64,000 nucleotides of DNA, taken from Promethearchaeota archaeon (GTDB taxonomy: Archaea; Asgardarchaeota; Lokiarchaeia; Sigyniarchaeales; SOKP01). The stretch spans positions 15,584 to 79,583 of the forward strand of contig JBHLPW010000017.1 of NCBI GenBank assembly GCA_048939015.1, read 5' to 3'. The notes under the pieces were generated by a model, which saw only the letters and a program-made list of their open reading frames with translations, was not told the origin of the DNA and did not search any database. Below are positions 9,941-18,293 of this stretch, piece by piece (within the stretch, counting starts at the first letter, position 1; each line of letters starts with the position of its first letter). The position numbers and the translations under genes were made by a program.

Positions 9941-10648
9941 ATGCCAAGACGTAAACAAAAAATTAAATATTCTAGGAAAATTGCCTGTAAACATTTAGAA
10001 CCAAAAGGTAATATAAGCACTAGTCTTCAAGCATTATGTTATTGTCCTGCGAGAGATTTAACTTTAGGGACTCGTGCATATGTTTGCCAAGTGTGTGCTA
10101 TATATGAGCCAGTCAAAAATAATAACCGATTTTCCGATATATATGAAGAAAGTAAAAAAATAGCAGAGAAGAAAATTAGAGAAAAGCAAATAAAATTGGA
10201 AGAACTTGAGCTCGAAGAAATAATGTCTGATGAGGAAATTGATTTATCAATTGATGAATTTGAAGAAGAGGAAGAAGAAGCTCCTTTAAAATTTGAAAAG
10301 AGAAAAGCTGGAAAAGCTGACATGGAAGATTCGGACATTTCTGATATAACAGAGTGCCCATTCTGCGGTGAATTCTTCGAAGACTTAGCTTCACATATAC
10401 AGAGCTGTGAATTTGCCCCAGATGACGCGAGTATTGAAGATATTATCCCTTCAAAACCAAAAAAGAAAAAGAAAAAAACAAGTACAAATACTGAAAAAAG
10501 TGATGGAAAGACTACAGAAAAACAGAAATGCCCATATTGTGGAAAGGAATTTGTTAGACTTGGACGTCACTTGAATTCATGTTCTAAAAAGCCTGCTGAT
10601 GCTGATGAAGAAGATGATGAAGACGAAGATGAAGAAGATGAGGAATAA
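9941..10648 (+). CDS. Cys/His zinc-finger protein with two C2HC fingers and acidic/basic low-complexity tracts
   Basis: CPFC-x9-H-x3-C and CPYC-x9-H-x3-C, an N-terminal Cys cluster, poly-E/D tracts and PKKKKKK. ATG at 9941 preferred over GTG 9929. Confidence 0.78.
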   Translation: MPRRKQKIKYSRKIACKHLEPKGNISTSLQALCYCPARDLTLGTRAYVCQVCAIYEPVKNNNRFSDIYEESKKIAEKKIREKQIKLEELELEEIMSDEEIDLSIDEFEEEEEEAPLKFEKRKAGKADMEDSDISDITECPFCGEFFEDLASHIQSCEFAPDDASIEDIIPSKPKKKKKKTSTNTEKSDGKTTEKQKCPYCGKEFVRLGRHLNSCSKKPADADEEDDEDEDEEDEE

Positions 10649-10689
10649 CTTGTAAAAAATATAAGAAAATATCCTTCTCAAAAGATAAT

Positions 10690-11613
10690 ATGCATCGCAA
10701 AGAAGAAATCTATTACTGTCAGCCCGTTTTTAGACCACCCAGTGAAGCATATTCTTTATTAATTCAATTGACAGAAGGTTGCACATATAAATGCGATTTT
10801 TGCATGTCAAATCTCCGTAAACAATTTCTAGTTAGAGAGGTAGATCTTATAAAAAAGGATTTAGACATTGCTAGAAAAAAATATGGTCCAAACGTTAGAA
10901 AAATTTTTTTTTTAAATGGGAATGCAATGGTTGCTCCTACTGAAAAATTACTAGATGTAACTCGATATGCATATAAACTTTTTCCAAATTTAGAAAGGTG
11001 TGGTGTATATGCTCACTCTAGGGATGTATTAAAAAAAACAGATGAGCAACTAAAATCACTAAGTGAGGCAGGTCTTAAAATTGCTTATGTTGGTTTTGAA
11101 TCTGGTTCTGACCATTTACTTGAATTAGTACATAAACATGTAAGTAAAGCAGAGCACATAAAAGCGTCTAAAAAGTTAATGAAAGCGGGGATAACTCTAT
11201 CAGCGACATTAATAAATGGTCTTGGAGGTGGTAATAACCCAGAAATGTCAAAAGAACATGCGATAGAATCAGCTGATTTGGTTAATAAAATCTGTCCCGA
11301 TGATGATAGAATTTGGTATATTGCATTCCTAACACTCATGATACCGTCAGGAACTGAAATATTTAGAAAAAAGATAAAGGGAGAATTCCTAGAAATGATT
11401 CCATCAGAAATATTGCAAGAATTAAAGTATTTCATTAATAAAATCGAATTCCATAATAAGAAAGCAAATTGCATATTCCGAAGTAATCACGCATCAAATT
11501 ATTTGCCAATAAAAGGTATTTTAGACAGAGAAAGAGAGGAAATTTTAAGTACCATAAATTATGGTTTGACTCATAAAAATATTTTACGACCAGAATTTTA
11601 TCGGGGGCTTTAA
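10690..11613 (+). CDS. Radical SAM protein
   Basis: RPPSEA...GCTYKCDFC (CxxxCxxC), GFESG, FRSNHASNY. Confidence 0.9.
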   Translation: MHRKEEIYYCQPVFRPPSEAYSLLIQLTEGCTYKCDFCMSNLRKQFLVREVDLIKKDLDIARKKYGPNVRKIFFLNGNAMVAPTEKLLDVTRYAYKLFPNLERCGVYAHSRDVLKKTDEQLKSLSEAGLKIAYVGFESGSDHLLELVHKHVSKAEHIKASKKLMKAGITLSATLINGLGGGNNPEMSKEHAIESADLVNKICPDDDRIWYIAFLTLMIPSGTEIFRKKIKGEFLEMIPSEILQELKYFINKIEFHNKKANCIFRSNHASNYLPIKGILDREREEILSTINYGLTHKNILRPEFYRGL

Positions 11614-11649
11614 AAAAGAAACACTACTAAGTTTCTTTCTTCAAAATCT

Positions 11650-12390
11650 TTATCTTTTAAAAATTATTTCTTGAGTTTTGGGTAGATAATCTTGTACGGG
11701 ACCTTTTGGTTGCTTTTTGATAATATTAATGAAATCACTTAGTTGTTCTTGATTCATAGCCATTTTTTTAGAAAGATTAGAAAGTGTAAGTTTGTTAAAA
11801 TCTTTTGAAAATTCATATAATTTATGACTTATTAGGTTTTGATAAGTTAAAGAGATTAACATTTTTAAATTTGGGAAATTCTCACCTCTTATATCTCTTA
11901 CAAATTCAAAAATTTTATCGGAGGCATCATAATAATTCAAAATTTTATAACAGCTTAATATTTCATACATTTTCTTAATATATTTGAAATATTTAGTGAT
12001 TTTAATACTAAGATCTTGGAGATGATAACGATCGAGATTGTGATCCACATCATTTTTTAGCATTGCGAGTAATTTTGAAAAGTTTTCCAAATTAGTTTCA
12101 TTAAGTTTTTCTCTTAAAAGATTATCAAAACGTCGCTTATAAATCATCCTATGTCCATTTAATTCCGATTGGATTTGTTCGCTTAAGTTATAAAAATCAA
12201 GAAGTTCTTTTTCAATATTAAAAGATTCTTTATGTTCTTGAAGCAATATTAATGCAGATCTTACCTTTTCTAAAGCCGAATTATAATCTCCATTCTTTAC
12301 CTTCTTTAGAATGATAGATTTATAATAATTCAATTCTTCTATAAGATTCTTTTTGTTTTTGAAATTTTCAACCTTAGAATTAAAACTCAT
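11650..12390 (-). CDS. Helical-repeat protein with probable C-terminal PCI (winged-helix) domain
   Basis: C-terminus LYEFSKDFNKLTLSNLSKKMAMNQEQLSDFI...KTQEIIF matches the PCI pattern by eye; alpha-helical N-terminus. Confidence 0.6.
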   Translation of the reverse strand: MSFNSKVENFKNKKNLIEELNYYKSIILKKVKNGDYNSALEKVRSALILLQEHKESFNIEKELLDFYNLSEQIQSELNGHRMIYKRRFDNLLREKLNETNLENFSKLLAMLKNDVDHNLDRYHLQDLSIKITKYFKYIKKMYEILSCYKILNYYDASDKIFEFVRDIRGENFPNLKMLISLTYQNLISHKLYEFSKDFNKLTLSNLSKKMAMNQEQLSDFINIIKKQPKGPVQDYLPKTQEIIFKR

Positions 12391-12569
12391 ACGCTCTCTA
12401 TAAAGTTTCTATTTTAATATATTCTTATTACATCTAAATAGAATAGATTCAAAATTTAAATTTAATATTATGCTTTTAATAAAACAAATTTCTCAAAATT
12501 CCTACAAGTATGTAGGGGCTAACACTACCGACGTTAATCGTGAATTTAATCTTTTAAATAGAAAAATAT

Positions 12570-12968
12570 CTAATTACGAGCTCCACACAAAGAGCAAACT
12601 TCTGCATCACCAATAGGGTTTCCACAGTCTTTACATCTTCTGACGGCATCAATAATATCCCTTTCTTCATCTAAACCTATTTTACCATCTAATTCTTCGA
12701 TCTTTCCAATTCCTTTTGAGAATAGGGAGCCGGGTCTATCACCTGGCCAAATAATATTAACAAAAATCCCAGAAACTACCAAAATTACACAAATTATAAT
12801 GAATATTGTTAAATTATTTCCGAGATTTTGTTGTAAAAAATCAATTGTAGCTGTAATCCAAGAGATCATCCAGGAACCAAGAGATGAGATTAATTGTTTA
12901 AAAAAAATTAGGATAATACCAAAAATGTCAGCTAGTGCTTCTAAAAATCCTATTGTTTGTACTATCAT
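12570..12968 (-). CDS. Membrane protein with C-terminal zinc ribbon
   Basis: Two hydrophobic segments; CKDC...CSLC at the C-terminus; GAGGTGA SD. Confidence 0.8.
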   Translation of the reverse strand: MIVQTIGFLEALADIFGIILIFFKQLISSLGSWMISWITATIDFLQQNLGNNLTIFIIICVILVVSGIFVNIIWPGDRPGSLFSKGIGKIEELDGKIGLDEERDIIDAVRRCKDCGNPIGDAEVCSLCGARN

Positions 12969-12978
12969 TTTTTCACCT

Positions 12979-13461
12979 CTATAATGCTTTCATACGATTT
13001 TCTCGAAGTTTTTTTCTATTTACTATAAAATCAACAATATCATACACTTTTAGAATAATTGAGAAAAAATATACTCCTAAATATATTAAGATCATCTGTT
13101 GAAGATTTAGAGAGAAATAACCAATATTAACAATTACAAAATTAATAGTAGTTGCCCCAGAGAATTTATAACTCCAAATATATAAACTGTTTACAAGAAC
13201 TTGAATCAGAGCCAACACTCCCCTTCTGATTGATTTTTTTGGTGATGAATAGTTAAAAAATGCACAACTACTAATAATCAATCCTAAAGCAGTTACCCAG
13301 AAAATAATATTTTGATATTGTTGTTGTTCTAATTGTATTGAAAAACCTTGAACATTCATATCACGGACCCATGTATATGTTAAGACGGGAATGACTATTG
13401 TGATAACTACATAAATAGAAGCATAAATAAAACCTCTTACCATATTTCTAACAGCACCCAT
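12979..13461 (-). CDS. 4-TM membrane protein, unknown function
   Basis: Four TM segments. ATG at 13461 follows an AAGGTGA SD; the ORF-track GTG is part of that SD. Confidence 0.8.
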   Translation of the reverse strand: MGAVRNMVRGFIYASIYVVITIVIPVLTYTWVRDMNVQGFSIQLEQQQYQNIIFWVTALGLIISSCAFFNYSSPKKSIRRGVLALIQVLVNSLYIWSYKFSGATTINFVIVNIGYFSLNLQQMILIYLGVYFFSIILKVYDIVDFIVNRKKLRENRMKAL

Positions 13462-13473
13462 TGATATCACCTT

Positions 13474-14055
13474 TTATGGTAATCCTCCGACGAGTAAATC
13501 AAGTATTCCTATTGTGATGGAATGTAATCCTAAGGTATAATCTAGATTAACCGTTAAATTTGCATAAAACAAAATAGCAGGAGGTCCTCTAAACCAATTT
13601 ACTTCTGTAGTGAAATTAGGAAAGTTTCCAATATTAAAATCACTAAAAAGTCCTGTTAAATTAAAATATCCTGTAGTACCCTTTTTAACTATACCAAAAG
13701 TTTGGGATTTCGAAAGAATGAGTACTTTTCTTGTTTGATTTATTCCTGGTGATGGATAATCAATATGACTATAATTTATTGCGAGATCAACATTTAAGTC
13801 AAGATTTTCCAAATCAAAATAACCAGCATTAGTGAAATTGAATGGTAATGTGAAGTTAATGTTATCAATTACATACGTAGCATTATTCATATCAATGTTT
13901 AACTCAACTTTATTAGGATCTACCCCTATATTTTTTGGACTGGCAAGGATAATGAATGCTGAAAATCCCCCTAGAAACGCTACAACAGTAACGGAGATAG
14001 TTAGAAATAAAATAAAAATTCGGAATATTAAGCGAACAATTCTGGCTGGTCTCAT
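13474..14055 (-). CDS. Membrane-anchored extracellular beta-sandwich (LEA_2/Ig-like) protein
   Basis: N-terminal basic plus TM segment, beta-rich ectodomain (FTLPFNFTNAGYFDL), several NxS/T sequons. Confidence 0.7.
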   Translation of the reverse strand: MRPARIVRLIFRIFILFLTISVTVVAFLGGFSAFIILASPKNIGVDPNKVELNIDMNNATYVIDNINFTLPFNFTNAGYFDLENLDLNVDLAINYSHIDYPSPGINQTRKVLILSKSQTFGIVKKGTTGYFNLTGLFSDFNIGNFPNFTTEVNWFRGPPAILFYANLTVNLDYTLGLHSITIGILDLLVGGLP

Positions 14056-14425
14056 AATATATATTAGAGTATCCTTTTATCGTAATTTATTATGTTTTAG
14101 TTAGATTTGAATAATTAACTATTATTAGATTTATTATTTATATATATTTTCTATTTATATTTTTTAACAATTAAATTCTTTATAATTCAGATAAATCTGA
14201 TTCAATATTAGAAGATTTTGTCAGATTTATAAAATATAAAAATTCAATTTTAATTTTTCCTAATAATTTAACTTGTAAGCTTTGAATTTCTTAAGGATAT
14301 TTTTATAGAATTACGATAGCCAATATCTATAAGTGAATTTAAATTTGTTAATTAAATAATTAGAATATATAGTCAATTTATTTATGAATTTTAAAAAAAA
14401 AAAACTATAACAGAATGAGTCTATC

Positions 14426-17269
14426 ATGATAGATTTAGAAAATGTTCACGCACATTCTGCTAACTATGAAGAAGTCGCTAAAAGAATGAACACCTCAATT
14501 GAATTTGGTTTAACAGAAAGTGAAGCGCAAAAAAGGCTTGATAACTATGGAAGAAATGAGCTTATTAAAGAAAAAGGAAAAACCGCATTACAAATCTTCA
14601 TAGGTCAATTCAAAGATTTTCTTATATATCTTTTAATGTTTGCGATCTTAATATCAATCGTAATTGGGATTTATGAATCGAATCGTACCAGTGAACCATG
14701 GCCTTCAGAATATATTGATGCTATTGTTATTGCCGCAATTTTGATTGTAAATGCAATTTTAGGATTTTACCAAGAATATCAAGCAGAGAGATCACTTGAA
14801 AGTTTAAAAAAGCTAGCACCCCATTTCGCTAAAGTTCGCAGAGATGGCAGAGTCATAGAAATAGCAGTAGAAGAGGTAGTACCAGGTGATATTGTCCTCT
14901 ATGAAGAAGGGGATAAATTTCCAGCTGATATTAGACTTTACAAAGAATTTTCTCTTTATGTTGATGAAGCGATCTTGACAGGAGAATCAAAACCAGTCAA
15001 AAAGCAATTAAAGCCTGTTGAGCAAAAGATGATCTTGGCTGATAGGACCAACCTTGGTTATATGAATACTATTATTACTCGTGGAAACGGAGAAGGAATA
15101 GTCATAGGAACAGGAATGGAAACTGAAATAGGGAAAATTGCTGAGAGTTTACAAGAAGAGGAAGTTGAGCTTAGTCCGTTTCAGAAAGAAGTGAATAGGT
15201 TTGGAAAACTTTTAGGAATAATAATAATAGTTATTTGTTTTACAGTTTTTGGTATAGATCTTATAATTTTGCTGGTAACGGAATTTAATTTAGAAGAACT
15301 CATTACGGCATTTGAAATATCAATTTCTTTAGCAGTATCTGCCGTTCCGGAAGGTTTAATTGTTGTTATCACAGTCGTTATGTCTATAGGTATGCGAAAG
15401 ATGGCAGATCGTAATGCTCTTGTCAGAAAGTTGACTGCTGTTGAAACTTTAGGAAGAGTTAATGTAATTTGTTCTGATAAAACTGGTACCCTAACAAAAA
15501 ACGAAATGACAGTTGTTAAAATTTTTCTTGGTGGAAATGAATATAATGTTGAAGGGGTAGGTTATGCTATTGAAGGTAAAATCATTGGAGAACACGGGAA
15601 GAAAGTTATAGTATCGGAAGAAAATTACATTAATAGATTTCTTGATGTCTGTATGTTTTGTAATAATTCAAACGTTACTCTGAAAAATAATGGTAGTAAT
15701 GACACTGATGTGGTGGGTGATCCTACAGAAATTTCCCTAAAAGTTTTAGCTATGAAAATGGAATTAGATACTACAGCTGAGAAGATTGATGAAATTCCTT
15801 TTGATTCGGATAGAAAGATGATGTCTGTTGTTTCAAAAATTGATAATCAAATTTTTGCTTTAATTAAAGGTGCTCCAGACGTATTACTGAAAAAAGCTGG
15901 TAAAGCAGTTTTTAATGGTCAAATAAAGCCCATTAATGAAGTTAGTGAAAAGATTCTTCAAAAAAATGAAGATTTTGCAAAAAATGCATTAAGAGTCTTA
16001 GGTATTGCTTATAAACCTTTAGATGAAGGATATAAAGAAGAAGAAATTGAGCAAGATTATATTTTTCTTGGTTTAGTGGGTATTATTGACCCTGCTAGAG
16101 ATGAGGTAAAAGATGCAATTGAAGAAGCTAGATTAGCAGGTATCAGGACCATAATGATTACTGGAGATCATAAAATTACTGCGATTGCAATTGCGCATGA
16201 GATTGGATTAACTGATTCTGATGATGCCATTACAGGATCAGAACTAGAAGAAATGAATGATGATGCGCTCCGAGAAAGAGTTAAAACTGTTGACATATTT
16301 GCAAGAGTCACATCAGAACATAAACTTAGAATTTTACGTAGATTGAAGGAATTAGATCTAATAGTTACAATGACGGGAGATGGAGTAAATGATGCTCCTG
16401 CAGTGAAGGGAGCTCATGTTGGTGTAGCAATGGGCTTAAAAGGGACTGAAGTAACTCAAGAAGCTTCAGAAATGATATTAATAGATGATAACTATGCAAC
16501 AATTGTAAATGCTATAGAAGAAGGACGTGGGATATTCGAAACAACTAAAGGATTCTTTCGATACATGTTAAGCACTAATTTTGATGAGATCTTTTTAATT
16601 CTTACTGCATATATAGTACTCAAATTATTTCCACTTATATTTCTAGCGATACCAGTCGCGCCAATTCAGATCTTATGGCTTAACATAGCAACTGACGGAA
16701 TTCCTGCTATGGTACTTGGTTTTACACCCACAGATCCAGATGTAATGAAGCAAGAACCTAGGAAAGGATTTACATTATTACCAGAAATAAAAGGTCCTGT
16801 TCTTTTATTAGGTATTTATACCTCTATTACAGACATATCGTTATATTTATTATTGTGGTCTGTATTAATCCCTGCATGGGCTCAAGCTGGAATAGATCCC
16901 AGATTAGGCACTGACTTCGTAATTGCTGGTACGGCATCCAACTTATATGCCATTGCATTAGCACAGACTATAGTATTCTCCAATTTAGTTATATGTGAAT
17001 TAATGTTTGTGTTTACATGTACATCTAACATCAAACCATTTTACTTATTTCCAAATAAGCATTTATTCTGGGCAACTGGACTTTCATTAGGTTTACAACT
17101 TCTTATTTTATTTACACCAATGGGAATAGCATTTCACGTCATACCAATATACCATCCTTACTATTGGATAACTCTTTTCCTTGGTGCTTTTAGTGTTTCA
17201 GTCATGGATGAGGTTCGGAAATGGCGATTACGCAGGAAGAAAGGGATGACAATTTGGAGAAAATCTTAA
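14426..17269 (+). CDS. P-type ATPase, type II (Ca2+-transporting, SERCA/PMR1-like)
   Basis: TGES, PEGL, DKTGTLT, KGAPD, TGD, GDGVNDAP, WLNIATDG. Confidence 0.95.
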   Translation: MIDLENVHAHSANYEEVAKRMNTSIEFGLTESEAQKRLDNYGRNELIKEKGKTALQIFIGQFKDFLIYLLMFAILISIVIGIYESNRTSEPWPSEYIDAIVIAAILIVNAILGFYQEYQAERSLESLKKLAPHFAKVRRDGRVIEIAVEEVVPGDIVLYEEGDKFPADIRLYKEFSLYVDEAILTGESKPVKKQLKPVEQKMILADRTNLGYMNTIITRGNGEGIVIGTGMETEIGKIAESLQEEEVELSPFQKEVNRFGKLLGIIIIVICFTVFGIDLIILLVTEFNLEELITAFEISISLAVSAVPEGLIVVITVVMSIGMRKMADRNALVRKLTAVETLGRVNVICSDKTGTLTKNEMTVVKIFLGGNEYNVEGVGYAIEGKIIGEHGKKVIVSEENYINRFLDVCMFCNNSNVTLKNNGSNDTDVVGDPTEISLKVLAMKMELDTTAEKIDEIPFDSDRKMMSVVSKIDNQIFALIKGAPDVLLKKAGKAVFNGQIKPINEVSEKILQKNEDFAKNALRVLGIAYKPLDEGYKEEEIEQDYIFLGLVGIIDPARDEVKDAIEEARLAGIRTIMITGDHKITAIAIAHEIGLTDSDDAITGSELEEMNDDALRERVKTVDIFARVTSEHKLRILRRLKELDLIVTMTGDGVNDAPAVKGAHVGVAMGLKGTEVTQEASEMILIDDNYATIVNAIEEGRGIFETTKGFFRYMLSTNFDEIFLILTAYIVLKLFPLIFLAIPVAPIQILWLNIATDGIPAMVLGFTPTDPDVMKQEPRKGFTLLPEIKGPVLLLGIYTSITDISLYLLLWSVLIPAWAQAGIDPRLGTDFVIAGTASNLYAIALAQTIVFSNLVICELMFVFTCTSNIKPFYLFPNKHLFWATGLSLGLQLLILFTPMGIAFHVIPIYHPYYWITLFLGAFSVSVMDEVRKWRLRRKKGMTIWRKS

Positions 17270-17371
17270 AACCTTTTTTTTAATTCTTTTTAATTAATTT
17301 TATATCTTTTTTAGAATTTTATTTAATAATTAGAACAGAATAGTTCTTTATCCTAAAATAGGAAATTTATA

Positions 17372-18061
17372 ATGAATGTGACTGAAGTATTAAAAACTAA
17401 AATTGAATCGGGTCAGACAGTTTTGACAGAATTTGAATCTAAAGAATTATTACAAGAGATTGGAATTTCTGTTCCAAATCAAAAATTAACTAGTTCAAAA
17501 CAAGAAACTATTTCCGCTGTTGAGGAAATTGGGTTCCCTGTCGTGTTAAAACTTATGGCAGAAGATGTTGTTCATAAATCAGATACTGGAGCTGTTAAGT
17601 TAAATCTTAATACAACAGAAGAAGTAGAGAAAGCTTATGATGAATTAATGCAAATTCCCTCCCAGAAAGAAAAAAAGATTTCTGTACAGAAAATGGCTGA
17701 TGAACCAATAACAGAACTTATTATTGGTATGACTACAGACCCTCAGTTTGGTCCTGCTTTAATGTTTGGTATAGGTGGAATTTTAGTGGAACTTTTAGAG
17801 GATGTCAGCTTTAGAATTGCTCCAATAACAGAATATGATGCTAAAGAAATGATTCACGAAATCAAAGGATTTCCCATCCTAGACGGATACCGTGGAAAAC
17901 CAAAAGCAGACGTCGGAGCTATTGTAGAAACATTAATGAAGGTATCTGATCTTGTTGTTAAACATGAAAATATCCACGAAATGGATTTAAATCCAGTATT
18001 TATTTACGAAAAAGGCCTAATCTGCGTGGATGCTAGAATAATTTTGAAAGAGAAAGATTAA
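17372..18061 (+). CDS. acdB: ADP-forming acetate/acyl-CoA synthetase, beta (ATP-grasp) subunit
   Basis: LTEFESKELL, GFPVVLK, HKSDTGAV, DPQFGP..MFGIGG, EMDLNP, VDARI. Confidence 0.9.
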   Translation: MNVTEVLKTKIESGQTVLTEFESKELLQEIGISVPNQKLTSSKQETISAVEEIGFPVVLKLMAEDVVHKSDTGAVKLNLNTTEEVEKAYDELMQIPSQKEKKISVQKMADEPITELIIGMTTDPQFGPALMFGIGGILVELLEDVSFRIAPITEYDAKEMIHEIKGFPILDGYRGKPKADVGAIVETLMKVSDLVVKHENIHEMDLNPVFIYEKGLICVDARIILKEKD

Positions 18062-18293
18062 GGAGCTCGAATATCTTCAGTATTTTCAAATATTTTATAA
18101 AATTTTTTACATTAAGTTCTATTTACTATCTCATAATATTTCTATATGAGATATATTTAAAGGAATAAATCGCGATATTACTTATAATATTTTATATTAT
18201 AATTCTCAAATTTTACCTACAAAATTATTAGTATAAATTGCTAATAGAATTATAAAAATATCAAATTAAATAGAAAAAAATTGATTATAGCTT

